From contig JABLTG010000198.1 in the NCBI GenBank assembly GCA_016618085.1, positions 1 to 32,729 of the forward strand: a DNA stretch of 32,729 nt. The letters are read 5' to 3'. The translations under genes and the position numbers were made by a program. Below, piece after piece: positions 9,223 through 20,895 of this stretch; positions within the stretch are counted from its first letter, which is position 1; each line of letters starts with the position of its first letter. Under the pieces are notes generated by a model, which had not been told where the DNA came from, did no database searches, and was given only the letters and a program-made list of their open reading frames with translations. This stretch comes from Neovahlkampfia damariscottae (Eukaryota).

Positions 9223-11450
9223 TTAATTTTGTGTGAAAATAATAACATCATTGTAATAATCAATAGAAAGTATTCTTTTAGTGAATTCAAAATCTTCAAT
9301 TGAATATAAATCAACATTTAAATTAATTCTAAAAATTTCATCTCCAGTTGAATAAAATAACTCTTTTCCATCATTTGAAAATTCAATTCCAGATTCTGAT
9401 GAAAAAGTATATTTTTGATAATAAGAATATTTTTTTGTTTCTAAATGATAATAATGAAGTCCATTTCCCATAAAAAATAAAATATTTGGATTTACAGGTG
9501 AAAATTTACAAACAGGAATATGAATCATCTGTGAAATTAAAAAAAAATTCAAATCTTACATTTCCAATATAATGAACAATTTCTTGTGTTTTGATATCCC
9601 AAATAATTGCTCCTCTTATTCCAGATGCACAAATTAAATTTGAAGTTGAATTGAAAGAACAACAATCTAAAGTCATTATTTGTTGTTGTATTTCTCCAAT
9701 TAAAAATATTGATTCTTTTTTTTCTTCATCTATTCTTGGTGATAAAACAAATAATCTTTCAAGTGTATTGGAATCATAAATGATTATACCATAACTATCT
9801 GTTGCCATTGCAATATATTTTTTATTTGGACTAATACAAATATTATTAACATTACTCGCTGTTTCAATTGTTTTTATAAATTTTAATTCAAGTTCTTCAA
9901 TCAGATAAACTTTTTGAATTAATTTTTTTTTTTATTCTTTTACCATGAACTTGATAATTATTAGTAGCAATAAAACATAATATTTTTGAATTGATTTCAA
10001 TAATTTCAATATAATTCAAATCTTCACGAAATTGTATTTTTTGTAATTTTTTTGTTTTTAAATTATAAAAATTCAAATCTAATTTACCTAAAATTAAATA
10101 ATTATTTTTGAATATTGAAAATGAATTAATTGATGATTTTGTTGAATCATATCTTACAGAAGGAAATTTAATAATCGATTTCTAAAAATAAATGTTGTTA
10201 AAAAATTCTTTTTTTTTTTCAAACATTGACATAATCAAATTGATTTACAGATTCCAAATTTTCATCAATATAATAAACATAATTTTCATTATTTTTCAAA
10301 ACATCACATAATTGACTGAAGAGAAATTAAAAAATAAACAAATTCAAACACATGTGATATTTTACTAAAAATTGGATAAAATCTAATATAAGAAGGTATT
10401 TCTGATAATTTTAAAAATTGATAAAATTCAAAATCTTCCATTTGATGAATTCTTAATTTTGAATAAAATTTAAATAATTTTTGATATAAAGTTTTTGAAT
10501 CTAATAATTTTTAAAACAATTTTTTTTTTACCTGGTCTTTTTTTTGGATTTTCATCAACCATTTGTAATATTAAAGAAAAGAATTCTTTCATTTCTTTTG
10601 TATAATTATTTGATTTTTTATAGTTATTTTTAAATTCTTTAATTATAATTTGATCAATTTTATCAATAAATTTATATTCTTGTTGACCACAAATAATTAG
10701 TTTTAATAAAATAATTCCAATTCCAAAAATATCAGATGAAAAGAGATATGATTCTTTTTCAATTTCAATTGGAAATTCTGATGTATCAAATTCATTTATA
10801 ATTGAAATATGTTTGATTTTCCAACCGTCAAGATCTTTTATAATATTTTTTATTGAACAATTTCCATAAATCCATTCTTTTTTATGAAGTATATATAATC
10901 CATAAACTACTTCATATGAAATTAAAATTAATTCTTCAAAAGTAAATTTCATATTCTTTTCGAATTTTTCGTTATATTCATAAAATAAAGATGTTTCTGT
11001 ATCTTCAAAAACATATATTACAGAGTCTTCAAAATAAAAATAATCTAAAATATTCTCTAAATTTCTGTACAGACGAAAATATTCCGAAAAATGTTCAACT
11101 TTTGAAAGCCATTTTTTTTGTGCTTTTATTTTTGTAATTTCGTATTTTTTGGTAGAGTTTTCTTTTATTCCTATGTACTTTTCGATGGATTTCATTTCTG
11201 AAAGCTTTTCTATTACTTCATAGTCGCCAATTTTAAATTTTTGAAACATGAAGTTTTTAGAATTTTTTTTTGTTGTTTCTCTTTTTTTCTTCAGTATCTC
11301 TGACCTCCTTTTTTGCTCTAGATAGTCAGAAATCCTTTCTTCGTCTTTTGCTTCGGTGTCAGTTGAACAATACAAAGTTAGCATTTCATTGGTCACTATT
11401 TTTAGACATTGCTTTATTTGTAACTTTTCTGATAAATCAAGCCAAAACAT
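9223..11450 (-). CDS. Kinase-like (probable pseudokinase) domain fused to C-terminal WD40-like repeats, multi-exon
   Basis: YEVIEKL, GLYILHKKEWIYGNCSIKNII, SSDIFGIGIILLKL, MVDENPKKRP. Downstream exons have CSFNSTSNLICASG..IIWDIKT and CKFSPVNPNILF. Both ends are uncertain. Confidence 0.6.
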
Positions 11451-11670
11451 GTCATGATCTCTGAAATGGTTCAAGCCAGTATTTTGAAACAAAATGAGAA
11501 GGAATACAATCTTCCCAATTTAAAGCAAAAACTATTTTCTTAATGATAATTTTCTTTGTATTTTCGCAGTGCAACACCCCTCAGAAATTTATCATTGATA
11601 GAATTTCTTTTTTTAAGCAATTTACTTCCAACATGGCATCCAATCAAATTTTTTTTCATTTTTTTTGAAC

Positions 11671-12374
11671 ATGTCGTCACTTCATACCTGGTTGAAAACG
11701 ATTCATTCAAAGAAACTCATGACTTTAGAACTCTTGTAAGTTTTTCAAAGTTCTAATTTTTCAGAGTGAGCAAATTAAAACAACTGCCACAATATCAAAA
11801 ATTTACAGAAGAACAAATGAAAACAATTGCATCAGCTCATATGGATTTAGTTTGGAATTATTGTTTACAACATAAATTTGAGTCGGAAGAATCTTTGAAT
11901 ACTTTCTATTTTCAAAGAATCGCAAAAGTTTTTTTTATTTTTCCTAAACTTTTTTAAAGGTTGCTGAAAACCCAAATCCACAATTACCTCCTCCAAAATC
12001 ACAATTAGAAATTAGTTATCATAACAAAGTTGAAGAAATCAAAAAAAGATTCACTGGTCATTTCGAAAAGTGTTTACATTATTTAGAAGCCATTCAATCC
12101 AAAGATCCTCAAAATGAAAAATTTGGAGTATTAGTCACAAAAACTCAACAATATTTGAATTTTCTTCATCGATTAAGTCCTTCTGAAAGAAGTATTACAA
12201 AAGAAAAATTTGCCGAACTTTCTAATTCTGAAAAAAAATTAGAAGAGTTTTTGACTCAAATGAAAAATCTTTTAAATCGAACAAAACCTCAAACTGTAAA
12301 TTCAACTTCAACAATACCTAATTCTTCATCAAATTTATCAGTCCAACAGTTACAACAGCAGCAAATGGCAATTC

Positions 12375-12409
<35 letters not shown>

Positions 12410-13531
12410 ATATATTTACAAAAACAACAACAAAGGCATCAAATTATACAACAACAACAATTGTTACAACAACAACAACAACATCATCATCAACAGATGT
12501 TGCTTCAACAAAAGCAACAAGTCCAAAAACAACCAGAATCTAAAGTAATCACTATTGATGAATCTCCAACTGCTAAAATGACTGTCCGTCCAGTTAAGCA
12601 AGAATCATCACCAAAAAATGTGAAACCACCTCCAACACCTCCAAATATTGAATCTCCAACTGATAAAAAACCTGAAATAAAAAAAGAACCTTCACCATCA
12701 CCTTCAACAAAAACAGAACCAATAACTACAATAGAATCAAATATCTTTCAAAAAGATTCCAAAATTTTAATTATTGAAAATTTAACAAAATTAGAAGATG
12801 AAAAGAATGTTGAATTATATAAAAGATTAGAAATTTTAAATGAACAATTTAAACCATTCACAAAAGAGTTTGAAGATCAAAAAATAGAAAAAAAAAGAAA
12901 AACTTTTGAATGTAATCCAAATTTGATTAAAAAAAAATCAAAAATTGAAAGAAATTTCACATCAGATAATTCAAGAGAAATTGAAGATTTGAAATTGATT
13001 GAACATAAAGATGAAAAAAGTGATTTAATATATTATGAATATCCAATAAGTACAAAAAATAGAAATTTATTCATTTATTTTGACAAATCAAAAATATCTA
13101 AAAATTTTGAAATTAAAGAATTAAACAAAGAAACAAATGAATTGAAGAATTTATATTTTAATTCTGATTTAACTTTGAAAGAAATTATTGATATTTATAG
13201 TTCTAGGATTTTATTTTTTAATCAAATTCAAAAACAAATTCAATTTGTTGATGATTATGAAAATTTGAAAAAAGAAATTGAAGTTGTTTCTGATATTTCA
13301 TTGAATGAAATCAAAATTTCAATTCATTTACATACCTATATTAAATTCCCTTCTTTAAATATTTTTATTAAAAATAATCTCCAAGCTGTTCATTTTGATG
13401 AAGAAATTTCAGATTTATCAAATTTTGATTTTGTGAATGCAAAAAATGAATTTCAAAAAATAAAATTAACTCAAAATGTATCATTCATCATTAGTAGTTG
13501 GTTGAAATGTGTTCAAAAATCATTAAATTAA
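11671..13531 (+). CDS. Gln-rich protein resembling Mediator subunit MED15 (KIX-like N-terminus, polyQ, Pro-rich linker), 2 introns
   Basis: ATG at 11671 with introns at about 11736-11764 and 11928-11959 gives one frame. Helical N-terminus, a YHNKVEEIKKRF...LNFL segment, polyQ tract and PPTPP region. Confidence 0.5.
12374..12409 (+). repeat. (CAA)12 coding microsatellite (polyQ)
   Basis: Twelve consecutive CAA codons. Confidence 0.95.
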
Positions 13532-13593
13532 TCAAAGAATAAAATTTGATTTCTTTTTTTTGAGGTTTGGAAAATACAAAATTCTTTAATAAT

Positions 13594-14955
13594 TTAATTT
13601 TTTGCAGCTAATGAATAATCGGAGTAACTATGAATTTTTTCTTGTGGAATTTCTTTGAAATGTCCATGAGGTAAATTCAATGGTCTTCCTTTTTCAAGAT
13701 AAACTTCCAAAATATTTTTTCCATTGACAGTTGATAAACAATAATAATGATTGTTATGATAGAAATATTGAAGATCTTTATGAAGTGTTTCTCTAGTTTT
13801 ATCAGCATCAACTTTAAGTTTAATATATTCTTCAACTTTAATTAATTTTTCAACATTTGCAGATGGTTCACTTAAATAATATTCAAATGAATTATCTTGA
13901 CCTCTTCTATAGATACAAGCATCTTTTCCATGAATTTCAGGGTTCAAAAAGATTATATCTGTATGAATTTTTGAAACTCTTGAATCAATTTTTTTCAAGT
14001 CGATTTGTTTGTCTTTTAACAAGAATAATCGTTTTTCAACAGGTGAGGATATATGATGATCTAAACCAACTAATTCAAAAATGGCATTTGAAACTCTTTC
14101 CATTTTTGTTTTGAAATCAGTTGAGTTGTCAATGATGACAACATTTTGATGACCAACCCATCCTCTTCTGATTTTTTTATCAAGTTCAGCTGCTTGTTCT
14201 GGAGTTTCTCTACGTGCAGCATTATTTGCTTTGGTATAGAATCTATGAAGAATTTTAATTCGTTAGTTTTGTTTTACTGTTCAGCTCCAATTGCTGCTGT
14301 TACTAAATGAAGAACTTTATCATATCTTTTATCTCTCATTCCTGGAGTATCCCATGAATTATTGTCCATGATTAAATTCCACATTTCTTCATATGGTACA
14401 TATGCTTCATTATCTTGTAAACCACGATCCATAATTACAACTGAAGGTTTTCCAGATGCTTTTGCCATGTTTACGAAGGAATTTTCGAGTGATATTTGTA
14501 AACGAATAATTTCTTCTAAAATAACGTACTAATAAAATGTTAAAAATTGAAAATCAAACTTTTTCAGATTCATCGATATTTCCCCATTTGACACCATTTG
14601 TAAAAATGATTGTTGCTACTTCTGGAACTGTATAAACTGAGATACCATTTTCTTCAAGAGTTTTTTTAACTTTATTCAATGCTGTGCTTTAAAAAAGTTA
14701 AAACGAGCATTGTTTTTACCTTTTTCCACCACAAGGACCACCTGTTAATACGATTTTATACACATGGTTGTTTGTTTTTTTTTCTTCTGCTTTTAACTTC
14801 CCTTGGTTTTTCAAAGCCATTGTGATTCCAAATGAAAGAACTGCTGACACAAGAAACATTTTTTTATAATTTGTTTTTTGTTGAAAAACATTTTGAATAC
14901 TGAAATATTTTTTAGCTGTGGAGCTATTTGTCAAACGAAATAAACGACGAAACAT
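13594..14955 (-). CDS. TTD14-like P-loop NTPase (AAA_28/NadR-Ttd14 family) with degenerate CYTH-like C-terminus, 3 introns
   Basis: VYKIVLTGGPCGGK Walker A, VPEVAT, IMDRGLQD, RYDKVLHLVTAAIGAE, WVGH..IDNSTDF, VEKRLFLL. The N-terminus looks like a presequence plus TM helix. Confidence 0.85.
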
Positions 14956-15136
14956 CAACCAATGATAAATAGTCCGATCAATGTCCAATCAAATTACGTT
15001 TTCAATCCCAATTGTTGGACTAAAAAATTCCGATAAATATCTGTTTGTTTGTCCAATGAAAAATCGATAATTTTTCAACTTTGAAGGTAAACAAACTCAA
15101 CATGTAAATTTTAACTCTTTTAGTTTTGCTCTCCCA

Positions 15137-16066
15137 ATGGAAAGAAAAAAAAATTACGTCAACACTGTTATCAATCTCTCACAAGAATACAACAAAATTA
15201 TGATTGCTGAATGCAACAATGTTGGTTCAACTCAAATTCAAGCTATCAGAAAAGCTTTAAGAGGAAAAGGAGTTGTTTTAATGGGAAAAAACACAATGAT
15301 TAAAAAAGCTATTGAATTAAACAAAGATGCAAATCCAAAACTCTACGCTTTAAAAAAATACGTTAAAGACAAAGTTGCTTTAATCTTTACAAATTCTGAC
15401 TTAAAAGAAATCAGAGATACTGTTTATGAAAACAGAGTTTCAGCTCCTGCTAAAGCTGGTCAAATTTCAAAAGTTGAAGTTGTCATTCCTGCACAAAATA
15501 CAGGTATGGAACCTACAGCAACATCCTTTTTCCAAGCGTTGAACATTCCAACAAAAATTACAAAAGGTGCTGTTGAAATTATCAATGATTACACAATCTT
15601 AACTGTAGGACAAAAAGTCGGTAACTCCGAAGCTATCCTTCTCCAAAAATTGAACATCAACCCATTTAGTTATGGATTTATTTTCAACACAATCTATGAT
15701 GATGGTGTTATCTACTCACCAGATGTTCTTGATTTATCAGAATCTGTTTTAGAAAGTTTATTAGGAGAAGCTGTTCAAACAGTTGCTTCAATTTCATTAG
15801 GTGCAAACTATACAACTGCTGCTTCAGTTCAATCAGAAATGATCAACGCTCTCAAAGACGTTCTTGCTGTTTCAGTTGCTGCTAACTTCAAAACACCAGA
15901 AAATGAAAAAGTATTAGAATACTTAGAAGACCCTTCAAAATTCGCTGTTGCTACTGTCACAACTAAAGTTGAATCAAAATCAGAAGACAAAGTCGAAGAA
16001 AAAGAAGACACTGGATCAGAATCAGGCGGTGGTTTCGGTTTATTCGGTGAAGAAGAAGAAGATTAA
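15137..16066 (+). CDS. RPLP0: 60S acidic ribosomal protein P0 (uL10)
   Basis: NVGSTQIQAIRKALRG..VLMGKNTMIKKA, NTGMEPTATSFFQALNIPTKITKGAVEI, C-terminal GFGLF plus acidic tail. Probable 5'UTR intron at 15087-15123. Confidence 0.97.
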   Translation: MERKKNYVNTVINLSQEYNKIMIAECNNVGSTQIQAIRKALRGKGVVLMGKNTMIKKAIELNKDANPKLYALKKYVKDKVALIFTNSDLKEIRDTVYENRVSAPAKAGQISKVEVVIPAQNTGMEPTATSFFQALNIPTKITKGAVEIINDYTILTVGQKVGNSEAILLQKLNINPFSYGFIFNTIYDDGVIYSPDVLDLSESVLESLLGEAVQTVASISLGANYTTAASVQSEMINALKDVLAVSVAANFKTPENEKVLEYLEDPSKFAVATVTTKVESKSEDKVEEKEDTGSESGGGFGLFGEEEED

Positions 16067-16194
16067 AAGCTTTCCACTTAGTGGTTAATGTCATTTTAAT
16101 GACGGACAATCCATGAAAGAAATAAAAATTATCTCCAACAAAAAACTTTCTTTTTATTTTATTGGTCAAATTCTTTTTTAACTTCAATTTTCCC

Positions 16195-17338
16195 ATGCCA
16201 AGTTTTAAAACAGCGTTTAATGGGTATTCAGTAGAGTATAGTCCTTTTGAAGAAGACAAATTAGCAGTAGCTACTTCACAACATTTTGGTATCATCGGAA
16301 ATGGTTTGAAAAAATATTAAAATAAAAAAAAAAAAAACAGGAAGACAATATGTGATTGAAGTGAATAAAGATGAAAATATAATCACTAAACAACATTCCT
16401 TTGATACACAAGATGGTCTTTATGACTGTTGTTGGAGCGAAGACAATGAAAATCAATTAATTTCAGTTTCAGGTTTTTAAAAAAAGAAAATTAAATTTTT
16501 AGGTGATGGTAGTGTTAAAGTATGGGATACTCAATCTCTTGATAATCCACAAAAATCATATGAAGAACATGGAAAAGAGGTTTATTCAGTTGATTATAAT
16601 TTAGTTGGAAAACAAACTTTTCTTACAGGTTCTTGGGATAATACAATTAAAGTTTGGTCACTTTCAGAAGATACATCACTTCAAACTTATGATGAACATC
16701 AATATTGTGTATACTCAACAATTTGGTCACCTTCTTCAAAGTTTTTTTATTTTTTTGTTTCTAACTCTTTTTTTTTATAGTGAAGTTTTTGCTTCAGCAA
16801 GTGGTGATAATACATGCAAAATTTGGAATGTTAATGAAATTAGTTCAATTCAAACAATTAAAGCACATCAATATGAAATTCTGACTTGTGATTGGAATAA
16901 ATATAATGAAAATATTTTAGTAACAGGATCTGTTGATAAAACTATTAAAATTTGGGATATTCGTAACACAAAACAAGCAACAACAACAATGAAAGGACAT
17001 ACTTATGCTGTTAGAAGACTTAAATGTTCACCTCATGATGAGAATATAATCGCATCTTGTTCATAGTAAATTATTAATTTTTTTAAAGAAGAAATAGTGA
17101 TATGACACTGATTGTATGGGATACTGATAAAGATAATCATTTACTTGAAAAATATGAACATCACTCTGAATTCGTAGTTGGAGTTGATTTTAGTTTAGAA
17201 GATGATGAAGAAATTGCATCTTGTAGTTGGGATGAAACTGTTTATGTTTGGCAACGTGGAAGTGAACCTGAAACAACACATCAAGATGATGAAATTGAAG
17301 ATATTAAAGAAATGAAATCTTTTAAATCGTTTAAATAA
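16195..17338 (+). CDS. PEX7: Peroxisomal PTS2 receptor PEX7 (WD40), 4 introns
   Basis: MPSFKTAFNGYSVEYSPFEEDKLAVATSQHFGIIGNG, DTQDGLYDCCWSE, AHQYEILTCDWNKY, GHTYAVRRLKCSPH, HHSEFVVGVDF. Confidence 0.95.
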
Positions 17339-17419
17339 AAAATTGGACAGGTTTCAAATCCCATAACAATTTTAATTTTTTTTTAATAATGATTCTTATT
17401 GTGATTTGTTGATATCAAT

Positions 17420-17508
17420 AAGGAATGATGATCAAAACTGGAATCTCGTTGATATTGATTTTCCCATGAAAACAAAACCTTAACCATTCATGCCTTATCT
17501 CTGATGGA
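17420..17508 (+). ncRNA. Box C/D snoRNA, SNORD30/U30-like, guiding LSU rRNA 2'-O-methylation
   Basis: Box C ATGATGA 17425-17431; guide GGAATCTCGTT 17440-17450, antisense to conserved LSU AACGAGAUUCC; D' TTGA 17455-17458; C'-like ATGAAAA 17466-17472; CCATTCATGC 17484-17493, antisense to the adjacent LSU GCAUGAAUGG; box D CTGA 17501-17504. Confidence 0.85.
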
Positions 17509-17530
17509 AATTTTTTTGTTCTGACCAATC

Positions 17531-18407
17531 ATGTCAACTTCACTTTCTGAACCGTCAACACCATACAAAGACCTTCCTCAGTCAGATGTGCACAGTGATG
17601 AAACAAATACAGAAGAAAAAATAAACATGACAGAAACAAAAGAAAAAAAATATGTCGGATTAACGAAAGACAATATTGCAAAAATCTTAAAATACTCTAT
17701 CATATCCATAATTGTTGGTGTTTTACTCTTCATAGGATTTGCTGTAATCCTCACAAACAGTAAAAACAAATTGAAAAAGTAACTTTTTTCACAACAGTTT
17801 TACTTGATGTTTTTTTTGTTCCTCAAACATGTTCAACAACAACAAATTTTGGTTCTTCTAGAAATTTAAAAGTACAATTAGAGAATATAATTATTGGAAC
17901 AAGTTCTATAACTCAAGGTTTAAATAATGGAACAAGAATTGGTACTATGAGACAAAGAAAATGGTGTAAGAATTTTTAAAAAAAAAATTGAACTTTTCAG
18001 CTGGAACGCAAACAGTAGATTTCATAGGAAATGATAAAAGTTTATTATTCAATGTAAACAAAGATTTTTCAATTCAATACATCTGGAGAGCAAGAAATTG
18101 CACTTCTGGATCTCAAATTTATAAAATAGTCTATGAACAATATTCAGTACCAATTAAGTTTACAATTTATCAAGGAGAATCAGAAACAGTTATTGGATTT
18201 TTAAAAGCAGATGCATTTTTAAGTTCTAAATATATTGTTTATGATTCAACACAAAAATATATTTTAGCTCAAATTCATTCACCAATTATTCAATTCATCA
18301 CTGATTATAATTGTCAAATTACACCTGAATCTATTAAATTTGGAATCAAAGATGATTTATATTTATCAATTGTTGGGGTATTATCAGCAATGAAATATAA
18401 TGGTTAA
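17531..18407 (+). CDS. Single-pass membrane protein with possible LURP-one/scramblase-like beta domain, 2 introns
   Basis: TM segment YSIISIIVGVLLFIGFAVIL followed by a beta-strand-rich region (FTIYQGESETVIGFLK..YIVYDSTQKYILAQI) and a terminal helix. Confidence 0.55.
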
Positions 18408-18420
18408 AAAATAAAAATAT

Positions 18421-19835
18421 TTAATCTAATCTAATTTGAACACCATTTGTTTTTAAAATTGAAATATTCTTCATTAAATTTTGATGTGAAAGTGTTTTTG
18501 TTTTTTTCAAAATTTTGTTTTCCCTTAAATCAAGTTCATAAAAATTTTTTAATTTTGTCAATGGAGAAATATCCTTAATAATATTATCTCGAAGATATAA
18601 TTCTTTTAAATTAGTAAATTCAGAAAATGGTTCAATAGTTGATATTTGATTATCATTTGCTACAATAGTTTCAATTTTTAATTTTGATTTCATTGTTGAT
18701 AAAGATGAAAATGAATCAATTTGATTATCAGATATGTTCAATTCTAATAATTCTGGTAAATTTGATAAATTAGATATATCTTCAATATCATTATTTTCTA
18801 AATTTAAATAAGTTAAATTTTTTAAATTTGATAATGGTAATAAATCACGTATTTGATTGGATCCTAAATTTAAAATTTTCAATTGAGTTAAATTTGATAA
18901 TGGTGTTAAATCAATAATCTCATTTCCTTGTAACCATAACTCTTCTAAATTTTTAAGTTCTTTTAAACAATTTAAATCTTTGATTTTATTGTTGGCCAAT
19001 AATAATTTTTTAAGACCAACACAAAGTTCAATTCCAGTTAAATCTTGAATTTTTTCATCATCAATTTTTTCTTTATTTGTTCCGTCTATTGATTCTAATG
19101 ATTTTAAGTCTTCTTTTGTTGTCAAATCAAATGAGTCTAAATGATCCATTAAGACTGTTCTTAAAAATTTATCAGGGACAACAGAATTAAATTTGAAAGA
19201 TTGATCGATTTTTCTTTTATCCATTTGTTGTTGATGTATTTTTCTTCTTTTTGAAGGAGGTAATTTCCTTGTTATTCTTTCCTCTTCTTCTTTTTCCTCT
19301 TCGATTAGAACATCATCTTGTTGTGTTTGTAGTTGTTGAGCATTTTCAATAGTTTGAGTGTTTTGTTTTTGTTTTTTTGATGTTCTAACTTTTGTTGTTG
19401 TTGGTACAGGTTTTCCATTACTTTTTAAATTTAAGTGTTTTTTGTATCGATCTAATAATACAGTTTTTTTTCCGTAAATTGGTAATCCAACTTCTTTAAG
19501 TTTTGATCGAATTTGATTTGTTTTTAAACTATCTATTCTTACTTCAATTTCTTCTTCTTCAATTGTTGCTTCTTCTTCAGGTTCAATTACTGGTTCTTTG
19601 AAATCTTCATCCGGTTTTGTTTTTGGAAAAGTTCTTCCTCTTTTTCGACCTCTTTTTTTGGGTTTTAAACTTTCTAAATCAATCTCTTGTAAAACTTGAT
19701 GTAATCTTTTTGCCATTTCAATTCTTTGAGTTTTAGATTTATTTTTTTTCTTTACTTTGTTCCATTGTATGAAATTTTTCTTTTTTTTAATTCAATTCTT
19801 AAATCTTTCACAAGCATTCCCAGGATTTCATCCAT
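18421..19835 (-). CDS. Two SAP domains, AT-hook-like motif and internalin-type LRR protein; intron 19724-19755
   Basis: Upstream exon MDEILGMLVKDLRIELKKRKISYNGTK splices in frame to IEMAKRL (SAP 1). Also KKRGRKRGR, SAP 2 LKTNQIRSKLKEVGLPIYGKKTVLLDRY, and 22-aa LRRs LxxLxLxxNxIxDLxPL. Confidence 0.85.
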
Positions 19836-19962
19836 ACTTGTTTGTTTTGAAAGATTAAGATTGTGAGACATTTTTTCCGTTACTTTCCAAAAACTAACTT
19901 TTTAAACCAATAAAAATCGTTTGGAAAAAATAAAATTTTTTTTATTGTGATGTCGCTTTTTT

Positions 19963-20829
19963 TTACAAATCCATTTTGTCATTTTCTACATACTTCATAT
20001 CTTCCAAAGAAAAATGAGGAAAATTTAATTTTTGATCTAATTTCTTTTCCGTCCACACAAGCATTTTTAATAATCTTGGCAATTTAGGTGCTTAGTAAAT
20101 GATTAATTGAGGTATTTTTTTTTTACATTTTTCTTGTGAGAGACTGTCTAAAATAGCAGCATTTAATTCTGAGGCTGTTTTATGACGATGAGATATATCC
20201 AATAAAGAATTCATTGGACTATCTTTTGTATTTTCAAATGCTAATAATGACATTGTTTTTTCAATTTCATTTAAAAATGTTTTCTTTAAAAAGTGCAAAT
20301 TAAAAAAAAAATAAAAAAAATACGTTTTCTTCTCCTCTTGGAGCCAATTCATCCTGAGCAAAATCTAAAGCTTCTTCAATTTTTCCATCTCGTATAAGTT
20401 CAATTAATTGTTGTTGTTGTAATAAAAAAAATAATTCTTGGTTTGTGTCTAAAATCTAAAGAAAAGAAAAATTAAACCTTTTTGAAATTGAAATACCTCA
20501 GGATTTAAGTCATTAACTTTTTCAATTGCTTCTTCAATATTTCCATTTTGAATTGAATTTCTAATTGAAACTCTTTCAGTTATTGAATTTAAATCAATTT
20601 CAGCTTGAAAATAAAATAAATTATTTTATGTAAATTACTTGGCGTGTTTGATTCTTGTTGAAACATTTCAGCTGCTTCTTGGTATCCTTCAACTACTAAA
20701 TAGTTCATTACTATTTTGTCCAGTTCTTTTTTTGAAATTTTAACTTGATCAACTTTCTTTTTCCATTCTTCTGTTGTTACTGTTTTCTTTGACTTATTGA
20801 AAAATTAAAAAAATAATGTTTCTCACCAT
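19963..20829 (-). CDS. GID8: GID/CTLH complex subunit GID8/TWA1 (LisH-CTLH-CRA), multi-exon
   Basis: [95 protein letters not shown]. Confidence 0.93.
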
Positions 20830-20895
20830 CTCTTGACAAATAAACTTCGATTTTAGTGGAACAATTTGATTGGTGAACAATAAAAAAAGCGGAAG

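Noticed and set aside
16095..16120. SECIS element (ATGA...AA...GA)
   Set aside because: RPLP0 has no in-frame TGA, and the geometry does not fit a SECIS helix.
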